This document shows, piece after piece, positions 28,952 through 37,760 of a stretch of 46,461 bases of DNA. The stretch is from a bacterium (GTDB lineage: Bacteria > Zhuqueibacterota > Zhuqueibacteria > Zhuqueibacterales > Zhuqueibacteraceae): positions 1-46,461 of the forward strand of contig JBIOXB010000222.1 in assembly GCA_044869275.1 (NCBI GenBank), written 5' to 3'. Numbering within the stretch: position 1 is the first letter of the stretch; each line of letters begins with the position of its first letter. Below the pieces are notes generated by a model. The model was not told the DNA's origin. It saw only the letters and a program-made list of their open reading frames with translations, and made no database searches. The translations under genes were made by a program, and so were the position numbers.

Positions 28952-29596
28952 TCAATTATCGGTCAAGTCCGACAGCACCATGGCATTGGCATCGCCCAGG
29001 ATCGCCGTGGTATGTGTGGTGGTGACATTGACGGATGTGGTCGCCAAAATGGTGCTTCCCTCCTTCACTTCGACGTTATAGGTACCGGCGGCGAGAGCGC
29101 GGTAACCGCTGCTGCCTTTGTAAGCCAGACTGGCGGTTGCCACCGTGTCCGTGCCGGCGGTAATGGTCACCTCCACACTACGCTGCGGATTGAAGTTGAT
29201 CACGCGCAACGCCCTCCCCGGAGTGTCGAAAATGCGGCGGTCGGTGAGACGGAAAAACTCGCGCGGCGAGCCCGGCGCAGCGGGCAGCAAGGCCACCGTC
29301 CCGCGCAAATCCGTTGACATCGCCACGAATTGCGTTTCGCCGTTGGATAAGGCGACGGAACGGCTGCCGGCAGGAAAGTTGCTGTAGCCCGTGCTGGCAG
29401 CATAGGCCAGCGTGCCCTGCGACGCGCCATCCACGGTGACCTGCACGCTGGCGAGCTCCGGTGCGGCATTCAGGAAACGAAATTCCGAGCGCAAATCCGG
29501 AGGCGTCGGCCCGGTGGAGGGCACGTCGGCGCAGCCCAACAACAAAGTCGCCGCCGCCAGAGTGGCCATGAGCAGCTTTGTTCTGGTAGAAGCCAT
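28952..29596 (-). CDS. DUF4397-like lipoprotein
   Basis: AAAGGAG RBS before MASTRTK, lipobox LLGC, and two repeats RFLNAAPE / RVINFNP. Confidence 0.78.
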   Translation of the reverse strand: MASTRTKLLMATLAAATLLLGCADVPSTGPTPPDLRSEFRFLNAAPELASVQVTVDGASQGTLAYAASTGYSNFPAGSRSVALSNGETQFVAMSTDLRGTVALLPAAPGSPREFFRLTDRRIFDTPGRALRVINFNPQRSVEVTITAGTDTVATASLAYKGSSGYRALAAGTYNVEVKEGSTILATTSVNVTTTHTTAILGDANAMVLSDLTDN

Positions 29597-29876
29597 TGAC
29601 TCTCCTTTCTGTTTGGGATGAAATGAAAACACGGCTTTAGAACCGAAAGGGACACCAACAGTTAGCCGATGACGGAACGAGCTTTAGCTCGATCAATCTC
29701 AGTTTCACAGCTGGAAAAGCGCGAATATTGCACTTGTCACTGCGCAAAAAACGCAAAGCACAAAAATGCCAAACTGGCCTCCGGGCCATGTGCTGAGGCT
29801 GCAACTGGAACAAGCGGGGGAAATTGGATTAGAAAGAGAGGCGTAAAAGGGCAGGATAGAAAACAGAAGGAAACTC

Positions 29877-29905
29877 TTGCCTTTGTGAAAAGGCCGAATT
29901 ATATT
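29877..29905 (+). promoter_or_regulatory. Candidate sigma70 promoter pointing away from the DUF4397 gene
   Basis: TTGCCT-N17-TATATT. Confidence 0.45.
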
Positions 29906-29911
29906 TCTGTG

Positions 29912-29985
29912 GTTTGTAAAGGGCTATCCGAGTCCTTTTACGCCGGCCTGGTGAGAGTTGCCGCTCTCATCGGGCTTTTTTATTT
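29912..29985 (+). ncRNA. Putative ~70-nt two-hairpin small RNA
   Basis: Lies between the promoter above and an intrinsic terminator GCCTGGTGAGAG-ttgccg-CTCTCATCGGGC-TTTTTT. No ORF. Confidence 0.35.
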
Positions 29986-30134
29986 TGTGTTCTTGCCTCC
30001 CGGGGTCTGATAGACCTGGGATGCTTTTACTCGCCTTTCAGGAATCGTTAGTCTCAATGCGGTGTGTTGGCGTTCTCCGGCTTTGCACAAGCGGCTTTGT
30101 CTTCGCTGCTGCACACAAAACCATCCAACTTGTT

Positions 30135-30150
30135 GGCAAAGGTTATGCCA
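30135..30150 (-). promoter_or_regulatory. Candidate sigma54 promoter for the DUF4397-TonB cassette
   Basis: TGGCATAACCTTTGCC = TGGCA-N6-TTGC with exact GG-N10-GC spacing. Confidence 0.5.
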
Positions 30151-30575
30151 TTCTTTCGCCACCTCGTTTAAGAGTAAATTTGTTAATGAATTCGTTTGGG
30201 AAATGAAATCTCAAATGAAAAGACGGCACGAAAAGCGTGCAGGTCTTTGCATTCTTGCGGTGCATATTCTTGCACGTAAAACAGTAAATGTGAATGAAGA
30301 AATTCAGTACTGCAGGTGGTGCAGAAAAAATGCGGGACGCGTTAGAGAAAAACGCGCGAAAAAATGGAGAGCCGTTTCGCACAGGAAAGCCTAATGCCGT
30401 TATGTTGGAGGATGTTTACGAGATTGCGAAGCAAATTACACACTTCTACGAGGATAGGACGGCAAAAAGTTGCAGACCGTTCAAAACTTTCTTCCCAATC
30501 GCAAAAAAATTCTCGCTCGCACCGACCGTTCTTCAGTTTAGGATTGCTGTTTAGATAACTTGCCCGTTTCTTAGA

Positions 30576-30645
30576 ACCGCTAATTAGCGCGAATGCACGC
30601 TAATATGTTCTCAATTCGCGCTTATTCGCGTCCATTCGCGGATTG
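30576..30645. repeat. Inverted ~9-mer array (CGCGAAT/ATTCGCG)
   Basis: cgctaattagcgcgaatgcacgctaat ... attcgcgcttattcgcgtccattcgcgg. Confidence 0.7.
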
Positions 30646-30737
30646 AGAATCGGCAAAGTTATTTGATTCTCAATCCTTATCATTATTGCTGCGGGCGACG
30701 CTTCGCTTATCATGAGCAAGTACGCATAGCTCGACCA

Positions 30738-31100
30738 TCACAGCCAAAACGCGTTGGGAATATGCTTCATTTCCACGCCCTGAGCCGAACGCGCGACCAC
30801 AATCACATCGAAGCGGCAGTCCCGATCCTGAATATTGTTGAAAGCCAGATAAGCCGCCGCGATCTTGCCGATCTGGCGCTGCTTTTTGGGCGTGACCCAG
30901 GTGGCGGCATCGCCCATGGCCTCTGAGCTTTGGGTTTTGACTTCGACGAAAACCAAGGTGCCTTGGTCATCGACGATCAAATCGATCTCGCCCAAGTGCC
31001 CCAGACGAAAATTGCGTTTGATGATTTTGCAGCCCTTGGCTTCGAGGTAGGTGGCGGCGCGCTCTTCGCCCCAATCGCCAAAATTCTTGGAGGTTCCCAT
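30738..31100 (-). CDS. yraN: YraN/UPF0102 family putative nuclease
   Basis: GDWGEERA, RNFR..GEIDLI, LVFVEVK, CRFDVI and HIPNAF. Downstream of rnhB as is typical. Confidence 0.92.
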   Translation of the reverse strand: MGTSKNFGDWGEERAATYLEAKGCKIIKRNFRLGHLGEIDLIVDDQGTLVFVEVKTQSSEAMGDAATWVTPKKQRQIGKIAAAYLAFNNIQDRDCRFDVIVVARSAQGVEMKHIPNAFWL

Positions 31101-31142
31101 GTTTTCGCCCCAATTTTGAAGGTTTTACCCCACACTAAAGCT

Positions 31143-31212
31143 GACAATTATCAATTGACAATTCACAATTAACAATTGTCAATTGTGAATTGTCAATTGA
31201 TAATTGATAATT
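31143..31212. repeat. Ten NNNAATT heptamers forming a near-perfect ~60-bp palindrome
   Basis: gacaatt atcaatt gacaatt cacaatt aacaatt gtcaatt gtgaatt gtcaatt gataatt gataatt. Confidence 0.9.
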
Positions 31213-31906
31213 AGAATGACCCAGAATCCATATCACCCGCACGATCAACTGCATTCTGCTGTTCCCGCAAGGCTCTTGGCCGAAAAGAACGGCGGTGGAT
31301 GGCACAAGGCCCGAGCAGCCGGAGTGCGGCGAGATGGTTTTCCGTCGGATAACCCTTGTGCTCGTGGAAGCCATAGCCCGGAAACTGGCGATGGTAATGC
31401 CTCATAATCAAATCGCGCACCACTTTGGCGATGATCGAAGCCGCACCAATGGTGAAAGAAAGCGCATCGCCTTTGACGATCGCCGTTTGCGGCAAGTCGA
31501 GATCGAGGCGGGCGCGCCCATCGATGAGCGCATGCTCGGGTGGAAGGCGCAATTCTGCCAGCGCCTTTTTCATCGCCAGCAAGGACGCCTGAAAAATATT
31601 GAGGCGGTCGATCTCTTCCGCGGTCACGATGCCGACGCCGAAATCGAGGCAGCGCGACAGCAGCTCCGGATACAGTTTCATGCGGGTTTCAGCCGGCAGT
31701 TTCTTGCAATCGTCCACGCCCTCGATCATTTCTCCCGGCGAAAAGATAATCGCTGCCGCCACCACCGGCCCCGCGAGAGGACCGCGGCCGGCCTCATCAA
31801 CCCCGGCCACGCGCGTCAAACCCGCATGCCACAGTGCTTTCTCATACCGCAGCTTATCCACAGGCAAAACGATAAGATTGGTCGCCGTATTTTTTTTGCC
31901 AGCCAT
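31211..31906 (-). CDS. rnhB: Ribonuclease HII
   Basis: AGVDEAGRGPLAGPVVAAA, IVKGD, AASIIAKVVRD, HKGYPT and HRRSF. Confidence 0.96.
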   Translation of the reverse strand: MAGKKNTATNLIVLPVDKLRYEKALWHAGLTRVAGVDEAGRGPLAGPVVAAAIIFSPGEMIEGVDDCKKLPAETRMKLYPELLSRCLDFGVGIVTAEEIDRLNIFQASLLAMKKALAELRLPPEHALIDGRARLDLDLPQTAIVKGDALSFTIGAASIIAKVVRDLIMRHYHRQFPGYGFHEHKGYPTENHLAALRLLGPCAIHRRSFRPRALREQQNAVDRAGDMDSGSF

Positions 31907-32052
31907 ATTTCAAGATAATGCCAGCGTTCGCTCAAGTCAATCGAAAAATTGAGGAAGGCGAGGAGGCCCACAAGCCAGAAATGCAATTCCAAGAGTTGTG
32001 TAACGGAGGAATTAGAGAAATTTCTTGCACGTTCAGTGGGAATTCAATAATA

Positions 32053-32370
32053 TCATTCTGCCGGCTCCAAAATCCGGTCCAAAATTGCACCGCCCGAAGA
32101 TAAGGATGCACGATCTTCGAGGCAAGACTTCCCTTCTGTGCATGCGCGTCGCACCATTGCAGTCCACCACGGGCTGCTCACCGCTTCCGGAGGAGGGATG
32201 AATCTCGCATGAATTACCTGGAATATGGCTTTGGTCTGTTCGCGCAAGATATCGCGGCGGTCGCGCGGCGCTTTCACCTCGAGCTCGAGCATTTGCAGGT
32301 AGAGATTTTCAGTCCAGGCCGTCAAGCCATCCTGATCGAAACGCAGGGCGAGCATGTGTTCCGTATTCAT
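32053..32370 (-). CDS. Hypothetical protein (~105 aa)
   Basis: Fills the gap upstream of rnhB with GC3-rich codons from MNTEHML. No family recognised and RBS is weak. Confidence 0.4.
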   Translation of the reverse strand: MNTEHMLALRFDQDGLTAWTENLYLQMLELEVKAPRDRRDILREQTKAIFQVIHARFIPPPEAVSSPWWTAMVRRACTEGKSCLEDRASLSSGGAILDRILEPAE

Positions 32371-32503
32371 CTCAGCTTGGAAGAGGATCGCATCGTTGCA
32401 GTGAAGCAGATTGACGGACCCGCCGTTTCGACGGAAAACGTCCTGTTTACAAAATACAAAACATTCATGAAATAACCGGCCTTTACACCGAGGGTATTTG
32501 CTT

Positions 32504-33646
32504 ATGCCGAAAAAGCGCGCTTCGTTGTTGCCCAGCATGATCTTTGGCCTGCTGCTGGGAGGGCTACTGGCCACGGTCTTTTTTCATTCTTCCGATTCCC
32601 CGGCGCCGGAGGCCAGGCCCCCGCTCGCGGCCACTCCGGCGGTCACGTCTGTTTCTGCCGGACCCGAGCAAAACTCCCTATTAGAAGACGAGCGCAACAC
32701 CATTCAAGTTTTTGAGCAGGCCTCCCCTGCCGTGGTATTCATTACCAACAAAGCGCTACGCCGCGATTTTTTCAGCATGAATGTTTTCGAAGTGCCGCAA
32801 GGCACGGGCAGCGGCTTCATCTGGGATACCGAGGGCCACATCGTCACCAACAATCACGTGGTCGAAGGCGGCAATTCCTGGAGCGTGACGCTGAATGACA
32901 ACACCTCTTATGACGCGGAGCTCGTGGGTGTCGAGCCCAGCAAAGACCTCGCGGTCATGCGCATCCGGGCGCCGCGCGCAAAATTGAGCCCGGTCATGAT
33001 CGGCTCCTCGGAAAAATTGCGCGTCGGCCAAAAAGTGATTGCCATCGGCAATCCCTTCGGCCTGGACCAAACCTTGACCACGGGCGTCGTCAGTGCGCTG
33101 GGACGGGAGATCAAAGCCAATAACGGCCGCACCATTCAAGACGTGATTCAAACCGACGCCGCCATCAATCCCGGCAATTCCGGCGGGCCGCTGATGAACT
33201 CGCACGGCGAATTGATTGGCATCAACACCGCGATTTACAGCACCAGCGGCGCGAGCGCCGGTATCGGCTTCGCCGTGCCGGTCAACATCGTTCGCAACAT
33301 CGTGCCGCAACTGATCCAGCATGGCAAGGTGATCCGCCCGGGGCTCGGCGTCAGCCTGCTGAACGACAACGTCGCACGGCGCGCGGGCGTTAATGGCGTC
33401 ATCATCGCCAACGTGGCGCGCGGCAGCGCCGCACAACGCGCCGGGTTGAGAGGGTTGTCCGAAAATGACTGGGGGCAAGCACAACTGGGTGACGTCATCA
33501 TCGGGATCAACAACAAGCCTGTCACCACGTACGACGAGCTGGGGACGGAGCTGGAAAAATACCAGGTCGGCGAGACCATCACCGTGAAAATCTTGCGCAA
33601 CGACCGCGAGATGACCGTACCGGTGAAGTTGCAGGAAGTGGAGTAG
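32504..33646 (+). CDS. HtrA/DegP-family serine protease with one PDZ domain
   Basis: N-terminal TM, GTGSGF, TNNHVV, DLAV, IQTDAAINPGNSGGPL and a C-terminal PDZ. Confidence 0.95.
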   Translation: MPKKRASLLPSMIFGLLLGGLLATVFFHSSDSPAPEARPPLAATPAVTSVSAGPEQNSLLEDERNTIQVFEQASPAVVFITNKALRRDFFSMNVFEVPQGTGSGFIWDTEGHIVTNNHVVEGGNSWSVTLNDNTSYDAELVGVEPSKDLAVMRIRAPRAKLSPVMIGSSEKLRVGQKVIAIGNPFGLDQTLTTGVVSALGREIKANNGRTIQDVIQTDAAINPGNSGGPLMNSHGELIGINTAIYSTSGASAGIGFAVPVNIVRNIVPQLIQHGKVIRPGLGVSLLNDNVARRAGVNGVIIANVARGSAAQRAGLRGLSENDWGQAQLGDVIIGINNKPVTTYDELGTELEKYQVGETITVKILRNDREMTVPVKLQEVE

Positions 33647-33648
33647 CA

Positions 33649-33790
33649 GTGGGAGACGGGGAGAGTGGGTGAGTGGGTGACTAGGAGACTGGGAGACGGG
33701 GAGAGTGGGTGACGGTGTGATAGAGTGAGTACGAGGGTCAAGGGATCAACCCAGTCTCCCCGTCTCCCTCTCTCCCCATCCCCCGTCCCC
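33649..33790. repeat. Inverted octamer array (GGGAGACG/GGGTGAGT versus CTCCCC units)
   Basis: gggagacg gggagagt gggtgagt gggtgact ... cagtctccccgtctccctctctccccatccccgtccc. Confidence 0.8.
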
Positions 33791-33833
33791 AGAGAGGCGC
33801 AGCGGCAACAATTTCTTCCGTCAAAACTCACAC

Positions 33834-34694
33834 ATGAAAATCACCTTTCGTGGGGTTCATTTCACTTATGATCATTTCGGTGAATCCGGCCCGGAGGACA
33901 AGAAATTTCAACTGAGCGGGCTCTCATTTGAAATTAATGGCCCGGAGTTCGTCGCCATGGCCGGCCGCTCGGGTTCCGGCAAAACCACATTGCTGCAGAT
34001 GTTCAATGGCCTGTTGCGTCCGCGGCAGGGTGAGATTCTCATCGACGGCCGAAACATTCACACGCCCGGCTTCGATTTGACGGCTTTGCGGCGGCGTCTC
34101 GGCCTGGCGTTTCAATTTCCTGAAGCGCAACTGTTCGCTGCGACCGTGCGCGAAGACATTGGCTTTGCGCCGCAACAACAAAAACTGCCTGTTGCTGAGA
34201 TCGAAACTCGAACTCGCCAAGCATTGCAAGAGGTGGGGCTCACCGAGAATTTCTTGGAGCGTGATCCCTTCACGTTAAGCGAAGGTGAAAAGCGCCGCGC
34301 CGCCCTGGCCGGCATTCTCGCCATGCAACCCGAAATGCTGATCTTAGATGAACCCACCGCCGGCCTCGATGCCAGGGGCATTACGGAAATCAAAAGCCTG
34401 TTGCGCCGCTGGCACGAACAAGGCCGGGGCCTGATCATGATCAGCCACGATGCCGATTTGATCGCATCCCTGGCGCAGCGCGTGCTGGTGTTGCACCAGG
34501 GCGCGATTCTATTCGACGGCAAACCCACGGAGTTGTGGCCAATTTCTTCGCAAGCCTCCCCGCATTCCCCTGCTCATGCCGAAATCATCCAACATGCCGG
34601 CTTGGCTGTGCCGCGCTGCGTGCGGTTGGCGGGAAAGCTGGAAAGGCTCGGCCTCTCTCCCGTTGAGATGGAGCAATTGTTCGCACGCGCTTGA
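33834..34694 (+). CDS. ECF transporter ATPase (EcfA2/CbiO-like)
   Basis: GRSGSGKTT, FQFPEAQLF, PFTLSEGEKRR and ILDEPTAGLD. Confidence 0.9.
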   Translation: MKITFRGVHFTYDHFGESGPEDKKFQLSGLSFEINGPEFVAMAGRSGSGKTTLLQMFNGLLRPRQGEILIDGRNIHTPGFDLTALRRRLGLAFQFPEAQLFAATVREDIGFAPQQQKLPVAEIETRTRQALQEVGLTENFLERDPFTLSEGEKRRAALAGILAMQPEMLILDEPTAGLDARGITEIKSLLRRWHEQGRGLIMISHDADLIASLAQRVLVLHQGAILFDGKPTELWPISSQASPHSPAHAEIIQHAGLAVPRCVRLAGKLERLGLSPVEMEQLFARA

Positions 34695-34809
34695 ATGGCG
34701 TAACGCAGGCCTTGAAAGGTGCATTTCAGCCCAACCCAATCGATACAAGTCATCCGCCGATGTGGAAATTGTGATCAACAATTTTGCTTTCCCTGCGAGG
34801 ATCGCAAAG

Positions 34810-35041
34810 AAAATCTCTGCGTAATCTCTGCGCAATCCCTGCATGAGATTTAAGAAGGCACAGGTGCTCCCGGGACACCGCGGCAGCATCGAAGCATACC
34901 GCATCCTCAAGAGAGCCGTCCATGCAAAAATCCATTTCAGCAAAACAAAAAGCTTCTTGAACACGAATAACGCCGATCTTACCGCCGCCCGCGGATTTTC
35001 AGCCGTGAAAATCCGCATCATCCATGCAATCCGTGTTCAAA
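34810..35041. repeat. Cluster of degenerate short-unit repeats and a palindrome
   Basis: atctctgcgta atctctgcgca atccctgc; TTGAACACG..GCGGATTTTCA-gccg-TGAAAATCCGC..CGTGTTCAA. Confidence 0.55.
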
Positions 35042-35168
35042 AAAGCCGCAAACAAATTGAAGTTGCGTAAAAAAAGATTCCTGTTATATTGGAAGGGCGC
35101 GGGCAATGCCGGCGCCAGAGAAAGAGAATGAGAGGCGATGACTGGCAGCTTCAACCGGAGGCGAGGAA

Positions 35169-35915
35169 ATGAGCAACATGGCGTCAAATACTTTCGAGTA
35201 TAAAGACCGAAACTTCGGGGACACGCAAGGCATTGTGGTAGCCACCAGTGGGGAGGTCTTCTATCCCACCAGCACGACCAATGTGCTGCTGGCCGGCGTA
35301 CGGAAATTTGCGAACCCAGCCGCGGCCTCGGCACTGGATCTGGGCTGCGGCTGCGGGGTCGTGGCCGTGGCCTTGGCAAAGTTGATCTTTCCACAAGCGG
35401 CCATCTACGCTTCGGATATCAACGCCGCGGCCATAAATCTCGCCAAACGCAATGCGCAAGACCATCAGGTCTCCATCGATTGCCGTTGCGGCAGCTTGTT
35501 CGAGCCGTGGGCCGGAACAAAATTCGATCTGATCGTGGACGACGTCGCGGGCATCGCCGAGCCGATTGCGCGGCGTTCACAATGGTATCCGCCACACCTC
35601 CACAGCGATGCCGGAGAAGACGGCACTCGCTGGATCGTGAGTATTCTGGCGCAGGCGCCCGAGTTTCTCACCCCGCAGGGACAGATTTTCTTTCCCGCGC
35701 TTACCCTTTCCAGCGAAGCACAAATACTGGCCACCGCCAGAAAAAGCTTCGCCAAAGTGGAATTGGTCACGGAACAATGGTATCCGCTGGGCAGTGATTT
35801 ATTGCTGCACTTGGATTTGATCGAAGACCTCATGGCCAAAGGTTTTATAGAACTGAAAAAGAAAGGCAGCCGCTGGCTGTGGGCGACCAAAATTTACCGC
35901 GCCAGCAATGGATGA
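35169..35915 (+). CDS. Class I SAM-dependent methyltransferase (HemK/PrmC-like fold)
   Basis: VFYPTSTT, ALDLGCGCG, ASDIN and GSLFEP..FDLIV. The NPPY motif is replaced by DDVAG. Candidate TTGCGT-N16-TATATT promoter at 35063-35090. Confidence 0.85.
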   Translation: MSNMASNTFEYKDRNFGDTQGIVVATSGEVFYPTSTTNVLLAGVRKFANPAAASALDLGCGCGVVAVALAKLIFPQAAIYASDINAAAINLAKRNAQDHQVSIDCRCGSLFEPWAGTKFDLIVDDVAGIAEPIARRSQWYPPHLHSDAGEDGTRWIVSILAQAPEFLTPQGQIFFPALTLSSEAQILATARKSFAKVELVTEQWYPLGSDLLLHLDLIEDLMAKGFIELKKKGSRWLWATKIYRASNG

Positions 35916-36007
35916 GCTTTGGAATCCCACGTTTTTACATCCCACCAGGACAAGCCTGCATGCTAGCGCGCTGTCACCTTGATTTCTGTACCCTCAGTAG
36001 TGCATTG

Positions 36008-36255
36008 TAACCTCAGTTTTTGAAGGTCACCCTGGCTAAAAAACTATGGTAACAGTCTACCTCGGATTTTCATCCCAAGGGTCGGGATGAAAACCGAAGC
36101 CAGATGCGGCAGCAATGGCACAATCATCCTGCAAAAAAGCAGAAGACAGAAAGATGTCGGGCAGAAAAATTTTTGCCCCATCCCTTCACGATCCATGCTC
36201 CGGACATGAGATCTGCTGCCATCTTTCTGCCCGTCATTCTGTCTCGGCTTTTGCT
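36008..36255. repeat. Stacked palindromic elements
   Basis: TTTTCATCCC/GGGATGAAAA (36067-36093) and a long imperfect IR gcaaaa..gacagaa..cgggcagaaa / tttctgcccg..ttctgtc..ttttgc. Confidence 0.6.
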
Positions 36256-36347
36256 CAATTCAACGCAACATTTTTCCGTGGGAGTTCGTTTCCGTGAGCC
36301 AGACTTTTGGAATTCTATTCTAAATCTGATGAACTAATCGCATAGTC

Positions 36348-36406
36348 TCATCCCGCCTGGCGGGATCTTGGTTGGATCAAGCACTGTTATTATGCGGCAC
36401 AAGATT
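36348..36406 (+). repeat. Dispersed ~60-bp REP-like repeat, copy 1
   Basis: Nearly identical to 46269-46328, with an ATCCCGC/GCGGGAT hairpin. Confidence 0.85.
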
Positions 36407-36440
36407 CAGACTGTGTGAAAACGCATGGTTTCAACGCCGG

Positions 36441-36492
36441 CTGAGCTTGTCGAAGCCGGATTATTGAGCTTAGCACCCTTCGACAAGCTCAG
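36441..36492. repeat. REP-like palindrome CTGAGCTTGTCGAAG/CTTCGACAAGCTCAG
   Basis: Perfect 15-bp IR. The right arm contains the stop codon of the DUF3810 gene. Confidence 0.85.
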
Positions 36493-37553
36493 GGTGCGGC
36501 ATTCTCAAGTTGGGCGCGCCAGCGCATGATCAAATCCACCACGTCGTTGTAGTTTTTCACCCCTCCTTCCACGCGATTCGCGCGCAAATAAACGTCATAG
36601 CCTTTATTCGAAATCTCGGAAACCGCGCCGTGATATTTTTGATAGTGCTGACGCACGGCGGCGAAATCCGCGCGCACTTCGGGGCGAATAGTCTGGCGTA
36701 AAGAATCACGTCCTTCGAATCCGGCTGCCCTTATCCAAAAGTGCCCCAGGACGGAAAAGTGCCCGGAATATTGCACCGCGGCATCGGCGCTCATCCAGCA
36801 AGTCAATGCCGCCAAAAAATTCGCTTCGGCCTCGCGCGCGAATCCCATCTGATGGGCTTTTTCATGCGCCAGCACGAAGGGCAGCTCCACTGGCAATAGC
36901 TCGGAATTCAAGTGGACCTCGTGAAAAAACGGGCCGAACATGCCGGAGGTCAACGTGTGGTTGAATAACCCGGGAAACAGCAAAAATTTGGGAGGGCGTT
37001 TGCCCGGCATGAGGGCGATTTGAAGTGTATCGCAAACCGTGCGATAACTGCTTTCAATTTCTTCATCCAGCTTTTTCAGGTCCCATGCCGGCATTTCGCG
37101 CCAGGCGGCATTCGTTGCCGCCACGCTCCAGAGCGCGGCTTGGTGCAGCGCCGAGCTATCGGCAGAGGCGTTGGCGCCGGGCAGATGCAGTTGTTGCTCC
37201 AGCGGCAGGCGGAAGTAATTACAGCCCCAGGCCAGATAAAACCACGCCACGGCCACGGCTGCTGCTCTCAGCGCACCAGCCAAAGTCCATTTCCAATCCC
37301 TCCGCCACATGCCCGCGGCCAGTAGCAGGAGAAATCCCGCCACGCTGGTATAAAGCGCGATTTCGGAAATAGAAAAGTCAAACCTTGCGGTCAAGGCCGT
37401 CAGCCGCTTCGTCAAGCCGGCATAAAAAGAATGCGTGTAAGTTTTTTCCACAAAATCAGGATGCCGGGAAAGCACAGGCAGGGCGGACAAAACAGCGGAC
37501 AACAAGAGCAGCGAAAAAATTGGGATTTTTTTTGCGCGCCAGAAAAGATTCAT
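36489..37553 (-). CDS. DUF3810 family membrane protein (HExxH zincin-like)
   Basis: VEKTY, FSISE, LAWGCNYFRLP, SGMFGPFFHE, LAHEKAHQMGFAREAEANF and YDVYLRAN. Confidence 0.88.
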   Translation of the reverse strand: MNLFWRAKKIPIFSLLLLSAVLSALPVLSRHPDFVEKTYTHSFYAGLTKRLTALTARFDFSISEIALYTSVAGFLLLLAAGMWRRDWKWTLAGALRAAAVAVAWFYLAWGCNYFRLPLEQQLHLPGANASADSSALHQAALWSVAATNAAWREMPAWDLKKLDEEIESSYRTVCDTLQIALMPGKRPPKFLLFPGLFNHTLTSGMFGPFFHEVHLNSELLPVELPFVLAHEKAHQMGFAREAEANFLAALTCWMSADAAVQYSGHFSVLGHFWIRAAGFEGRDSLRQTIRPEVRADFAAVRQHYQKYHGAVSEISNKGYDVYLRANRVEGGVKNYNDVVDLIMRWRAQLENAAP

Positions 37554-37760
37554 GTCGGGCCCGAAACAAAAATGAAGAAAGCCTTTTCTTCATTTTAACA
37601 AAACCCATGCACTTTTTCAAGCCTGGCAGCGGGCGCGGAAAAACAAAAATCCGGGCTGCCTCCTCGATAATGGACCTGTCCAGCACATGACGGAGGAGAA
37701 AAGATGCACAGCCCGGAGGAATGGAAGGTGGTGTGTTCGCAGCCAAGGAGAGCAGAGCAA

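Noticed and set aside
29640..30130. Cobalamin or c-di-GMP riboswitch upstream of the TonB cassette
   Set aside because: No B12 box. ACGCAAAGC and GCCTCCGG fragments are on the wrong strand and not in GEMM arrangement.
32209..32475. Plus-strand 88-aa ORF near GGAGGAGG
   Set aside because: The RBS-proximal ATG (32198) opens only MNLA*. The ORF reads like the antisense shadow of the minus-strand ORF. Not fully excluded.
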